Assembly (NCBI GenBank): GCA_964016885.1
Contig: OZ024742.1
Span: forward strand, 296,236,001-296,300,000
Reading direction: 5' to 3'
Origin: Eledone cirrhosa
Taxonomy: Eukaryota
Length of the DNA stretch: 64,000 nt
Numbering within the stretch: the stretch's first letter is position 1; every line of letters begins with the position of its first letter. The notes under the pieces are model-generated. The model did not search any database and had not been told where the DNA came from. It worked only from the letters and a program-made list of their open reading frames with translations. A program made the position numbers and the translations under genes. Positions 11,075-24,273 of this stretch are shown in pieces.

Positions 11075-13387
11075 ATGATTAGTTGTCTGTCAGAAATAGA
11101 AAAATCATTTACAAAACTACGCTGGAGCCTCAAAAACAAAAACAAAAACAAAAACAAAAGCAACAATATACGCACACACATATACAACACACATCCCAAC
11201 AACAACAGACACACAGACACAAACAACAATAACAACAACACACACACCAACAACAACAACAATAATAACATACCCAGAAACAACAACAACAGACACGCAG
11301 ACACAAACAACAATAACAACACACACAACAATAATAACACACACGGAGACAACAACACACATCAACAACAGCACACATCAACAACAACAACACACACACA
11401 TTCAATGCCTCTCACCATCACCACAATCTTAAACACACAGACACAGAAAACAAGTAATGACAGTAGCACAGAAATCACAGAAATAAGGGAAAGTAATAGG
11501 ATTAAAAGGAAAAGGAGATGGGAGACTAAGGACAAAGAGAATAACCAAGACGAACACACAGACACACAAAATAGAGTAGATAACAACAATGAGCCAGTGG
11601 AAAGAGACAGGAGTATTTATGAGAGACTTAGAAACAACCATGAGGCTGTTGGTGGAAATAGAAATAGAAACAACACAACTAACAATAACAATAGCACTAG
11701 TACACATAAAGCAGCAGCCTGGAACTCTACTTTTTATAGTCCCTCCGATAAATCGTTCGACCTGCGACGAGTCCACGCCACGACTTTACCATTTAACAAA
11801 CGCACGCAATTGCCGTCGCAGGTCGATGAACAAACAGAAGCACAATTTAGTATAGCTAGATCCGAACTTAGAAATATTATAGAACAGTATAGAAAGAAGC
11901 ATAATAGAATGGAGGCCCAGCAACTGGGAGAAAAATCCGCAAATGGCTTGCGTAAGCTCATGCAGCGCTCGCGTAATGGAGAGATAGCATGCTTTCCAAC
12001 GGACAAGTCTGGCAGAATGTCGGTTGACAGCCTGCCAAACTACATCCAGGTAATGCAACCCCACATCACTAACACAAGAGAGGTAACACCACAGGAGCAT
12101 GAGGATAGAGAAAAAGCCCTCAATGCCCATATGGTGATGTGGACGAATATAATGCAGCCCAACAAAAGGACTGCCAACAACTTCCAGGCCTGGAACAATG
12201 ACGTGCCGGCGTTGTATGGGCTTCGAAAAGACCATAAAACGGGCAGTGACCCTGTCGCGGGACCACCAACACGGCCAGTCTGTGGAGCTAACATTGCTAG
12301 TAACTACAGACTGTCCTACTTCCTCTCCCTGATCATACGCCCCATCATTGAAATGTCCCCAGATGTATGTGACAGCACCGAGGACCTCCTCAGCAGAATC
12401 GGCGAGGGTAACCGATCTAGGGACCTAACAAACTGCATAATAGGTAGTATGGATGTTGTGTCCATGTATCCATCTATTGACGTGGATTTTGCTGTGGAGA
12501 AATGCGTAGAAATGATCAGCGAGAGCAAGGTTGAGTTCCGTGGGATTGATACCAGTGAGCTGGGACTTCTACTTAAGCTTACCCATAGTAATAGTTACCT
12601 AGACACATATGACCTTAGCAACCTGTGCCCTACAAGACCAACAAGAGGCAGACCACCTACCATTACCTCAATGGCCAGGAAAACCCACACAGATAGATGG
12701 AACGGGTGGACCAGAGCCATACGGACACCCGAAAACCACGATGAACTGAAGAAAATGATTGCACATGCGGTAGGGGCCAGCATAAAATTAACCCTTAAGG
12801 AACATATGTTCAAATTTAATGGTAAAACATATGCCCAAGAGGAAGGAGCAGCCATTGGTGTTAGCATTGCAGGCGACATAGCTAACTTATTCATGGTATG
12901 GTGGGACAGTAGACTTAAACAAAAACTTAAAGAACAATTAGAAGACAGCTTAACCCTGATAATGTACTTCCGCTACGTAGATGATATAAACATCGTAGTT
13001 AAGACACCCCCACTAAAGAACAGTCAGGAACTAGAGAAAAACACAATGGAAAGCATCCAGCAAATAGCAAACTCCATCCACCAGAGCATTAGAGTTACTA
13101 TAGACTACCCAAGTAGACACCCCAACCATCGATTACCTGTACTAGACACAGAGCTCTGGTTAGATACCATTAACAACCAAAAACAAATCCTCCATTCCCA
13201 TTATGCCAAACCCATGACTTCCAAACATCTGATCCACCGAAACTCGGCCATTTCGGACCATACCAAAATCAACATACTGATTGCGGATTTGGTACGGGTG
13301 ATGAGAAATGTGTCCCGCATGATGACCGATAATCACACCAAACCGGAGTACTGTGATCCTTGTGATTTCGAGATATACAACCACTGA
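11075..13387 (+). CDS. Penelope-like reverse transcriptase, 3'-truncated (no GIY-YIG); the N-terminus is low-complexity (AAC/CA)
   Basis: PTDKSGR, LYGLRKDHK, PTRPVCG, GSMDVVSMYPSI, GAAIG..IANLFM, FRYVDD, LPVLD, HYAKP..HRNSA. Homology appears to stop near 13320. Confidence 0.85.
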   Translation: MISCLSEIEKSFTKLRWSLKNKNKNKNKSNNIRTHIYNTHPNNNRHTDTNNNNNNTHTNNNNNNNIPRNNNNRHADTNNNNNTHNNNNTHGDNNTHQQQHTSTTTTHTHSMPLTITTILNTQTQKTSNDSSTEITEIRESNRIKRKRRWETKDKENNQDEHTDTQNRVDNNNEPVERDRSIYERLRNNHEAVGGNRNRNNTTNNNNSTSTHKAAAWNSTFYSPSDKSFDLRRVHATTLPFNKRTQLPSQVDEQTEAQFSIARSELRNIIEQYRKKHNRMEAQQLGEKSANGLRKLMQRSRNGEIACFPTDKSGRMSVDSLPNYIQVMQPHITNTREVTPQEHEDREKALNAHMVMWTNIMQPNKRTANNFQAWNNDVPALYGLRKDHKTGSDPVAGPPTRPVCGANIASNYRLSYFLSLIIRPIIEMSPDVCDSTEDLLSRIGEGNRSRDLTNCIIGSMDVVSMYPSIDVDFAVEKCVEMISESKVEFRGIDTSELGLLLKLTHSNSYLDTYDLSNLCPTRPTRGRPPTITSMARKTHTDRWNGWTRAIRTPENHDELKKMIAHAVGASIKLTLKEHMFKFNGKTYAQEEGAAIGVSIAGDIANLFMVWWDSRLKQKLKEQLEDSLTLIMYFRYVDDINIVVKTPPLKNSQELEKNTMESIQQIANSIHQSIRVTIDYPSRHPNHRLPVLDTELWLDTINNQKQILHSHYAKPMTSKHLIHRNSAISDHTKINILIADLVRVMRNVSRMMTDNHTKPEYCDPCDFEIYNH

Positions 13388-14314
13388 CACTGTTACGAAG
13401 ACCAGAAAACCATACTCCATAATATTGAACCAAGTCATTGATTTGTGCGACCAAAATAACACCACACACATATTGAACTAGGAATATTGGATCTTCCGTC
13501 AATGTCTGGGTGAACAAAAATAGATTTCTATCTGCATTGGAATTTACGAACTTGTGCATCTGCTGTGATGTCAAAAACAAACGCACATGACCGCACAGAT
13601 AAATAATGGACTATGCCATGTGGCTTGAACCTGTAAGTGAATTGAAGGTTCTGTAACTCTGATATACAGATTATTTATTATTAAGATGTATAAACTTGAC
13701 AAAACTATTATCATCTTATATTCTCTCAACTAATCACATTTGATCATATTTCTCTATCCCGTTTTCTCCCCCCATAATTATAATATTTTTATTTGAAAAA
13801 ATCGGTTTTTTTACATTGTGTTTTCCCCTTCAAATACTTGCTTATATTTCTTTATATATTCTCTATATATATTTTTTTATCTTTATTCTTATTTTCACTT
13901 TTATCCTCCTTTATATTTTACCTTATTCTTACTTTTATACCTTATTATAGTGTAATCTTCCCCATGCCTTATTATACATTATTAATTATAAATTATTATT
14001 ATTACTCTTTTTCCATTTCTAATTACCTCACGTACTTTCTCCTCCGTTATATATATATTGTATGCCCTTTGTGTGTGTGTAGCCCCTGCACACCCTCTGC
14101 ACCCTACTATCGACGCCACCCCATCTATGGTTCAGCTAACCACTCGACTCCCGGGAATGAATATGACCGCAGCTAGTAAACAAGGACCCACACCCCACCC
14201 TCCCGCACCAAAATTAGACTTATCGTCCCCTACTTTTGCTCTTTACTCTCTTTACTCTTTGTTCTTGAATGTTTGGTTGGTAGAGTCCATAACACCAATC
14301 AAACCCCTTTTATA

Positions 14315-14359
14315 GCTCTGAAGAATCCTACGGTTACGTAAGGAAGAAACATTGTAAGC
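14315..14359 (+). ncRNA. Minimal type I hammerhead ribozyme motif
   Basis: gct-CTGAAGA-atcctacggttacgtaaggaa-GAAA-cattg-TA-agc, followed immediately by AATAAA. It lies downstream of the PLE RT. Confidence 0.75.
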
Positions 14360-14399
14360 CAATAAAAAATTTTTGATGTTGTAGACGCTCTTGTGTTCT

Positions 14400-14966
<567 letters not shown>

Positions 14967-16390
14967 TTAATTAGACCACTCCATTGATTGATTAATTATT
15001 TATGTTTGTTTAATAACGCCTAGTCATTCGGTTTGTACAGGGAACTCGCTTCCCTTGTTCACATTTTGAATTCGCCTGCCAAGAATCCGAGGTTATTTCC
15101 CTTGTTGGGAAAAGGCACGTGATAGTTGAGGCATTAACCGCTGCTAACAACAGTGGCTTGCTACTTCATACAACACCGGGTCGAGGCACAGAACGGAAAC
15201 CTGTTGATAACATGAATCCTCAGTTCGGTCTTCAAACACCAAAAACTTTCATCCTTTCACAAGTAGGATTGTTGATTTTGGTTCATAGAAACCTTTCGGA
15301 GAAACGACGCTGTGCATCCGAGACGTTCCAAGTTTGTTTATTAACCTGTTGGTTTTTTCGTTGCTTCGGTGTTGTGGAATGTGTAGATATTCCGACGAGC
15401 AAGAAGGAATAAGAGCGGTGCTTTCCTCCAGTTTAGAATAATCGAATTCCTTGTTCAGTTCTTCTGTGGGTAATTTCGTATGTCGTTAGGAGAATGTTTC
15501 GTTAAAACACCCGTCATATCTTGTAAGAAATGCTTAAAATTATTTTTATACTTTTGCCATTTCATGATACATACAATACATTTTTTATTGTAGTCGCGTA
15601 AGCGAATTTTAGGCATCCATTTTGTTTCATGATTCAATCTTTTAACGCTTGTCATTCTCTACATCGCTCAATTGGTTTTCAATGCGATTACTCATGATTT
15701 TAAACGTAGGAATCTTTAGAACTTGCAGGTAAGGCCGATTAATAGTGAACAAATATATCTTTTCGATCAGTCCTCGCTTAGAAAACAATTGTATATATGT
15801 TTCTCTCGTCTCTTTCTTTTACTTTACTTTCAACTAGAATTAGATGGAGCAAGCAAATAAATACCAATTTTCGTATAATATATGATCTTTTATCTGACAT
15901 TGACACGGATATTTGTATTATCAAACATTTATAAGAGATTGCTTGTTTCTTTATCAAAAATAGACTGCCTACTTCTTTATAAGAAGTTAGTAATGTCACC
16001 ACTGTAGTTAGGAAATAAATGAAGTCGGAGATCGTACTTTGAATTTAATGCTATCATTTTCATATACTTGATCTATAGGATTGCCTCTACTTTAACAAGT
16101 AGAGGCAAATCCTTCCTATACTAAACACTACTAAAAACATTTCGTCAATTTTTTCTAATATCTTTCTCTCAGTGAGCATTCACTCAAAGAATTAGATATT
16201 GATTTGGTCCCTTTTGTGTAATCAGGGAAGGTACAAATGATTATGCTTAGATTACCATTATTCAAATGTATAAATAATGAAGCTTCAGAAAGTCATTTAA
16301 AACTATTTTCCTTTCATTTTTTTTTGTCTATTTTTATAAAAACATGTCAGAAGAGTTATTGACTGTATTGATCACCTTCGTTTTTTCTAG

Positions 16391-16457
<67 letters not shown>

Positions 16458-16468
16458 ATGTGTGTGTG

Positions 16469-16583
16469 TACAGCGTGTCTCCCCAAAATGTATACACACT
16501 CTTCTTTGAATGCTGTTGAAGTGTGTATATATATATATATTTATATATATATATATGTGTGTGTGTGTATTTTGGGACACCCA

Positions 16584-16584
<1 letters not shown>
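16469..16584. mobile_element. Tc1/mariner-type MITE relic
   Basis: TA-cagcgtgtctccccaaaatgtatacac ... gtgtattttgggacacccag-TA imperfect TIRs. A related element lies at ~49210-49310. Confidence 0.5.
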
Positions 16585-16638
<54 letters not shown>

Positions 16639-17157
16639 AAAGAATAGAGGTGTAACACACAAGTTATTATATATTGGTAAACGGAATAGAAAATGCTGAC
16701 AAATTGTTCACAGTTGAAAAATGGTTTAATTAGGAATAAAAGAGTATTAGTGATTGTATGGGTTAGTATTCAGTTGTGGTTTTAAGTTTTTAAGTTTTTA
16801 CCGGTTGCGCATTTCTAAATGCTTTTCAAAAATAATTTTGAGATAGAGTGTCCGTGTTGTTTGCTCTGATCTGATTAGTTTTGGGAATTCTACCTGTTTT
16901 TATGTTAAAAAAGTGGCTCCAGCGTTATTTTTGTGTTGCAAAAATGCTTGTGGTCAAAACAATTTTGATTGGTCGGTAGAGGTCATGTGAATGTAAAAAG
17001 TTGATTTTGCGCCAAGACTGTTTTTATGTTAAAATGTTAAAAAAGTGGCTCCAGCAAAAATTATTGGTCAAAACAATTTTGATTGGTTGGTAGAGGTCAT
17101 GTGGATAAAAAATTGGTTTTGCGCCAAGATTGAGAAATGACTCTTTCACAACAAATA

Positions 17158-17233
<76 letters not shown>

Positions 17234-17318
17234 TGTGTGTGTAGTAGTAGTAGTAGTAAGGTGTTCGATGCTGCGACAATGGCCAGCAGCGATGCGTGTC
17301 AAATGGCTATTAAGATAA

Positions 17319-17357
<39 letters not shown>

Positions 17358-17412
17358 GCAGAGTCATTCGAAGGTCAAAAGATATTTTTCAGCTTTTGTC
17401 TTATACGGAGAA

Positions 17413-17447
<35 letters not shown>

Positions 17448-17489
17448 AGTCTCTTTGTATGTTGATGTACGCGTGTGTATGTGTTTGTG

Positions 17490-17528
<39 letters not shown>

Positions 17529-17900
17529 ACCAGTATTTTTTTCCCCCTGGTAAAATGGTGTACATTATTCGATTTTTTCAGTAAAATCGGTTCTCTTAAT
17601 AGAACATCAAAAATCTTAACAATAAAAGGTGTGAAATGATATTCACTATATATATATACACACATACATACATACATTCACTACATATATATATATATAT
17701 ACATATATACATACATATATATGCACATATATTTTTTTGTATTGCACCATAGAGCATGTGTGTTTACGTGTGTCATTGTGTTTATATGTGGGTAGAGATG
17801 TGTGCTGATGTAGGTATGTATGTTGACGTGTGTATGTTGTGGGTTCGTCTTAGGGAGAAGTGTTTAGACGGGGTCCGTATTTGTTAATGAAGTAAGATTC

Positions 17901-18437
17901 CTCTCAAACAAACGAAGAAGGAAGCACCACACCGAAGATGAACTTCCCAACCTCGCTACCATAATAAGGAATAAAAACCCAAGAAATCATCTCCCCCAGA
18001 ATGACATTTACAACTTTCCCCCTTCAAGGAGACACCATAACAAATCACTCAACTACTACGCGGATTCCTCATCGTCAAACATAGGGAAAAGATACCACCG
18101 CCATGATAGATGCAACAACTTCCCCGCTTCAAGGGGACAGCAAGGTAATTACCATTTTCTCAACTCTCACTTCCACAATACACAACAAACCCACACCACA
18201 CGATACAACCAACAACGTAGGCCACTTATAACACCACAATACAACATGGCACATAGAAACACACACCCATACTCGCAGTACAGGAACACCCCATTCAATC
18301 TACAACCACCAACCCGAACCACATTTTGCAACAACAAGGAATATAACAAACACAGGAGACCACTTAACATCAGCAGACAACCCCTCTACCCCAACCATTT
18401 TTTAGACACAGCACACAGATACAGGCAAACAAAATAA
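17901..18437 (+). CDS. 5'-truncated upstream ORF of the PLE (N/H/R/Q-rich)
   Basis: By manual translation the frame is open from the inversion junction (LSNKRRRKHH...) to NHFLDTAHRYRQTK*. It overlaps the RT frame. Confidence 0.55.
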   Translation, partial: LSNKRRRKHHTEDELPNLATIIRNKNPRNHLPQNDIYNFPPSRRHHNKSLNYYADSSSSNIGKRYHRHDRCNNFPASRGQQGNYHFLNSHFHNTQQTHTTRYNQQRRPLITPQYNMAHRNTHPYSQYRNTPFNLQPPTRTTFCNNKEYNKHRRPLNISRQPLYPNHFLDTAHRYRQTK

Positions 18438-20722
18438 CACAAGACAGGGAGGAGAAACCGATAGTAATAAAAATTATCAATCTTACTAGTGCAGAACCAA
18501 CACCCAACCTTATCAACTTACTCTCCAAAGGTCTTAAATTCACACCGACCCCACTACGTCCTAACTACTATGAAATGAAGGAAGACATCACAGACTTCTG
18601 TAGAAAGTTACGACTTAGTGAACAACTATTCGACCAGTACAATGAGGATGAATCATTAGCCAGAAATAGAAGCAATTACACCCCTTCAAAAGGTAGAAAT
18701 AAAATCCTGGACGAATTCTGTGAACACATCACAAACTTCCCTTACCAACACTTGTACAGACAAAAACACAAGCCAAACCTCAACAAGAAAGAATGGGAAG
18801 AATTAAATAGATTAAAAACCGACAGAACCATTACAATTAAAGAGGCTGATAAAGGGAGTACAGTAGTCCTAATGGAGACAGAATTCTATATCAACTTAGC
18901 GCTCTCCACTTTGGAAAACGAAACATACTACGAAAAGGCTGAACACTACAATCAACAGAAAATTATGAGAAACCTAAAAACTCTAATCAACCAATACAAA
19001 GAAGGACTCACTAACAAGGAATTCAGCTTCATCACAGACTTCACAAGTAAATCCAGCCTTTTCTACGGTATCCCTAAAGTACATAAAAGCGAATCAATCA
19101 GTAAGGCATGCAAGGAAGCCACAGACATAGTCATCAATGTCCCCTCACCCAATGATCTCAAATTAAGACCTATAATAGCAGGCCCCGCTTGCGAAACGCA
19201 CCGTCTTAGCAACTTCATTGATACCCTTCTCAAACCCTTCCTCAAGCACATCAAAAGCTATATAAGGGACGACCTAGATATGCTCAATCACCTCCCTAAT
19301 ATGCCACTTTCTGAACAAACCCTACTAGTGACGTTCGATGTAGTCAACCTATACTCCAACATCCCCCACAACCTAGGAATAGAAGCTATCCAATTCTGGT
19401 GGATAATTTCCACAATGAACTCCCACAACGCATCAAAAAAAGAATTCGTGATAGAGGGACTCAAATTTATCTTGGAGAACAATTACTTCGTTTTCAATAA
19501 CAAACCCTACAGGCAGAAATCTGGGACCGCTATGGGAACGAAAACAGCCCCTACTTATGCCAACCTAGTCATGGGATACCTGGAAATCACCCTCTACACT
19601 AAAGTCCTAAACAAATTTGGAAACACCCTCCACTTACACATTGAAAGGAACTGGAAGCGATATCTAGATGACTGCTTCATCCTTTGGCACGAAAACATCG
19701 AAAAACTTAAAGAATTTCTTACCCTTATAAATGGGCTCAACACAAATATTAACTTCACGATGGAATACAGCCATCAACAACTCCCCTTCCTCGACATCCT
19801 CATTAAGATCCATAACAAAAAAATAGAAACAGACATATACTACAAGCCCACAGACTCCAAGCAATACCTCCCCTTCAACTCTTGCCACCCTAGACACGTT
19901 AAAATTAATATTCCCTACAACTTAGCCAAGAGAATCTGTACTATAGTCTCCAATAAAAACATCTGCTACTTACGGCTACAAGAACTAAAGGACACACTCA
20001 TAGGCAGGGACTACCCTGCATCACTAATTGACAATGGAATCCAACGTGCCCTAAAACTCAGTACCCAGGACCTTAGACACCCTAAAGTAAATCAACCAAA
20101 ACTAAAAGCTCTTCCATACATCTCCATACACAACCCCCTCAACAATGAGGCCTTTGACACCATCCTCCAGAACATCCCTGTATTGAAAAAGGACCATAGA
20201 ATGAACCAAATTCTACGAACACACGATATCATAAAGAGCAAAAGACAATCCAAGTCAATGAAAAACATCTTAACACATGCCAAAGTACTGCCAACCACAA
20301 CAACGAGACCCACAGTAAAAAAATGCGATAGACCCAACTGTGGCATTTGCATCAACCTAATAGAGGGTTCGGAATTCTATTTCAAAGATGGACAACGTTT
20401 TATAGTAAAACACAATTTCACATGTGCATCGGAAAATCTAATATATGTATTAACTTGTTCAGGTTGTCGAGAACAATACATAGGCCAGACCAAAAACAGC
20501 CTCCGCCAACGCATGACTCTCCATAGATCCCAAATTAAAATACGGGAATACAGGAAAATACCACTGAGTGAACACATTGATACCTGTGCCGCCCAAAATC
20601 ATCCCAACTTCAGAATCTTTCCCCTCTACAAATTTAAAGATAATGCCACCCACACCCAGCGCATCAGCAAGGAATCTTACTTCATTAACAAATACGGACC
20701 CCGTCTAAACACTTCTCCCTAA
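18398..20722 (+). CDS. PLE RT plus Cys linker plus GIY-YIG endonuclease
   Basis: LSKGLKFTPTP (upstream of the ATG at 18575, same frame), EADKG, FYGIPKVHK, GTAMG, RYLDD, LPFLD, CDRPNCGIC, and LIYVLTC..C..QYIGQT..R..H. Confidence 0.95.
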   Translation, partial: FFRHSTQIQANKITQDREEKPIVIKIINLTSAEPTPNLINLLSKGLKFTPTPLRPNYYEMKEDITDFCRKLRLSEQLFDQYNEDESLARNRSNYTPSKGRNKILDEFCEHITNFPYQHLYRQKHKPNLNKKEWEELNRLKTDRTITIKEADKGSTVVLMETEFYINLALSTLENETYYEKAEHYNQQKIMRNLKTLINQYKEGLTNKEFSFITDFTSKSSLFYGIPKVHKSESISKACKEATDIVINVPSPNDLKLRPIIAGPACETHRLSNFIDTLLKPFLKHIKSYIRDDLDMLNHLPNMPLSEQTLLVTFDVVNLYSNIPHNLGIEAIQFWWIISTMNSHNASKKEFVIEGLKFILENNYFVFNNKPYRQKSGTAMGTKTAPTYANLVMGYLEITLYTKVLNKFGNTLHLHIERNWKRYLDDCFILWHENIEKLKEFLTLINGLNTNINFTMEYSHQQLPFLDILIKIHNKKIETDIYYKPTDSKQYLPFNSCHPRHVKINIPYNLAKRICTIVSNKNICYLRLQELKDTLIGRDYPASLIDNGIQRALKLSTQDLRHPKVNQPKLKALPYISIHNPLNNEAFDTILQNIPVLKKDHRMNQILRTHDIIKSKRQSKSMKNILTHAKVLPTTTTRPTVKKCDRPNCGICINLIEGSEFYFKDGQRFIVKHNFTCASENLIYVLTCSGCREQYIGQTKNSLRQRMTLHRSQIKIREYRKIPLSEHIDTCAAQNHPNFRIFPLYKFKDNATHTQRISKESYFINKYGPRLNTSP

Positions 20723-21210
20723 GAGGAACCCACAACATACACACGTCAACATACATACCTACATCAGCACACATCTCTACCCACATATAAACACAATGAC
20801 ACACGTAAACACACATGCTCTATGGTGCAATACAAAAAAATATATGTGCATATATATGTATGTATATATGTATATATATATATATATGTAGTGAATGTAT
20901 GTATGTATGTGTGTATATATATATAGTGAATATCATTTCACACCTTTTATTGTTAAGATTTTTGATGTTCTATTAAGAGAACCGATTTTACTGAAAAAAT
21001 CGAATAATGTACACCATTTTACCAGGGGGAAAAAAATACTGGTCCACCCACACACGCACACACACACACACACACACACATATATACACAAACACATACA
21101 CACGCGTACATCAACATACAAAGAGACTTATACACACACACACACACACGCGCACTTCTCCGTATAAGACAAAAGCTGAAAAATATCTTTTGACCTTCGA
21201 ATGACTCTGC

Positions 21211-21295
<85 letters not shown>

Positions 21296-21392
21296 ATCTT
21301 AATAGCCATTTGACACACATCGCTGCTGGCCATTGTCGCAGCATCGAACACCTTACTACTACTACTACTACTACACACACACACACACACAC

Positions 21393-21427
<35 letters not shown>

Positions 21428-22033
21428 TACACACACACACACACATATTTGTTGTGAAAGAGTCATTTCTCAATCTTGGCGCAAAACCAATTTTTTATCC
21501 ACATGACCTCTACCGACCAATCAAAATTGTTTTGACCAATAATTTTTGCTGGAGCCACTTTTTTAACATTTTAACATAAAAACAGTCTTGGCGCAAAATC
21601 AACTTTTTACATTCACATGACCTCTACCGACCAATCAAAATTGTTTTGACCACAAGCATTTTTGCAACACAAAAATAACGCTGGAGCCACTTTTTTAACA
21701 TAAAAACAGGTAGAATTCCCAAAACTAATCAGATCAGAGCAAACAGCACGGACACTCTATCTCAAAATTATTTTTGAAAAGCATTTAGAAATGCGCAACC
21801 GGTAAAAACTTAAAAACTTAAAACCACAACTGAATACTAACCCATACAATCACTAATACTCTTTTATTCCTAATTAAACCATTTTTCAACTGTGAACAAT
21901 TTGTCAGCATTTTCTATTCCGTTTACCAATATATATATATATATATATATAAGTATTGAAATTTCCGTTGAAAACAGAAAAGGTCATAGAAGTGAAGAGT
22001 GCTCTATGTAAGTATCAGAGCAAAATTTAATGC

Positions 22034-22074
<41 letters not shown>

Positions 22075-22125
22075 ATACTTTGGGAGGGTCATGTTGCCAA
22101 TAAGAAACACACGCACCAGTTGCTT

Positions 22126-22189
<64 letters not shown>

Positions 22190-22597
22190 GTTTTGAATAA
22201 TTTTTTTATTTTATGTTAGCTATGTTTTACAAACGAAAGTTATACAATGATGGAAATATAAAAAAAAAGCTGAAAACAAAATTAAGTAATGAAAGGAAGA
22301 GGGGGAGTGGTAAAGGAGCGCAGATCTGGCTCTATTGGAAAGTAATGGAAAGGACTATAAATGCCATAAAAAGAAAAAAAGGGAACGGACTATAAGGCAA
22401 CGGAAGAAAGCATTTCCGCGGCAACAGCCACCACTGGCCAGCGAAACTCTCTGCAACAGCCACCCCACCATGCGCGGGTCCTTCCTCAGACGGGCTGCCG
22501 ACGTTCCGAGTTATGTGTGTGTATGTATGGGTGTGTATGTATAATATATATATATATATTACACACTCTTTCTCTCACATACAAACATCTCAACTTA

Positions 22598-22978
22598 CCA
22601 TCATCATAATTATCATCATCTTCATCATCATCATCATCGTCATTATCATCATCATCATCATCATCACCATCGTTATCATCATCATCGCCACCAACACTGT
22701 AAGTACCAGCACTACAACCACCATCACTATAACTACTACTATCATCACCATTTCCATCATCATCATCATTATCATCATCATCATCATCATCATTTACCAT
22801 CACCCCCCCCACCATCATCATCACTACCACCATCACTATCATCGCCATTACCATCATCACAATCGCCACCACCACCACCATCACTATCATCACCATTACT
22901 ATAATCATCATCATCACCATCACCATCACCATCACTTTCATTACCATAATCATCATCATCATCATCATCATCGCCACC

Positions 22979-23012
<34 letters not shown>

Positions 23013-23013
23013 T
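22598..23013. repeat. (CAT)n/(CAC)n trinucleotide tract
   Basis: Visible directly. It produces spurious poly-H/I/M/D ORFs. Confidence 0.95.
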
Positions 23014-23197
23014 TAACATTATACGACCATTGGTACTTGAGATTCTCGTAACTAACGTTATGTATATGTTTGTGTTTGTTTCGTGTTGTTTTCAGTACTT
23101 AATCTTCACCGTTTGGTATTAAGAAAAGAGACACGCAATATCAACTGGCTTTAAAACTTCTAGAGATAAACTACTTCTTCCTGTTGATAGGGGAAAC

Positions 23198-23391
<194 letters not shown>

Positions 23392-23463
23392 GAGATAATG
23401 GGAAATAGAAAAAAAAAATGTATACAGGAGAGAAAAAGAAAGATAGACTGGTGTGTGTGTGGT

Positions 23464-23514
<51 letters not shown>

Positions 23515-23533
23515 ATGAGGAGAGAGAGAGAGG

Positions 23534-23573
<40 letters not shown>

Positions 23574-24023
23574 CGGGGTAATGGTCGGATTCAGAAGAAG
23601 AATGAGGAGAGGTTATCTTTTCGTGTTCCGTTTTGCAAAGATGAGGAATTCAAGTAAATTAAGCTTCAACACATTTAGTAGGATTGCTGAAAATTGTCGT
23701 CTGCCAAATTCAGTGAATAATGCGATCTATTAAGCTGTGTCTCCTGTGCTCCGAAATTCTGATTAGAGATTTAAGAATCAGCAAGTAATCAGCGTTTGTT
23801 TGGTTACTTAATTCGTCACTCTGTCACAAAATATTCATGAACATTTTTCCTATTTCTCGTTCCCATTTTTTTCATTAGATTTGTTGACTCAAGGGTTTTT
23901 AGACTCTTTAGACGCTTCTATTCTCCGATTACCACCCTGTTTCAAAGTTATATGTCAAACTAAACAATAAAGAAAACTTACAATAAAGTATACACAATAA
24001 CGAATACTTAGTAATACTTTTAA

Positions 24024-24273
24024 CCTTTTCGTCATGATATATATAATATCACAACAGTACCTGTGATTTTGATTTTCATATCACTTTAAAAATATTCCAG
24101 AATTTGTGGGGATTTAGTAATATATCTAATTGTCACGTTATCGATCTGATGTTTCGAGCATAACTTAACACATTTCTTACATACATTTAGAGTGTAAGGT
24201 TTTTAGCTAAATTTAAACATTGAAATAAACAGTTTTATATCATAGAACCAGAGGCTGTTTAATATCAAAAGGG
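24024..24273. mobile_element. piggyBac-like MITE
   Basis: TTAA|ccttttcg ... caaaaggg|TTAA. Confidence 0.5.

Larger units (their letters stand above)
16668..21936 (+). mobile_element. Neptune-type Penelope-like element with inverted terminal arms (16668-17902 and 20670-21936)
   Basis: The left arm is the reverse complement of the last ~50 nt of the ORF plus ~1.2 kb of 3' sequence. The arms differ by a few SNPs and in microsatellite length. Confidence 0.93.

Noticed and set aside
15000-15700. Higher-complexity stretch that might be a decayed transposon or exon
   Set aside because: It has only short ORFs and no motif I could identify with confidence.
21990-22035. gTGAAGA-gtgctct..agagca-aaa hairpin just beyond the PLE right arm
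   Set aside because: It lacks the C of CTGA and the G of GAAA, which is too degenerate to call.
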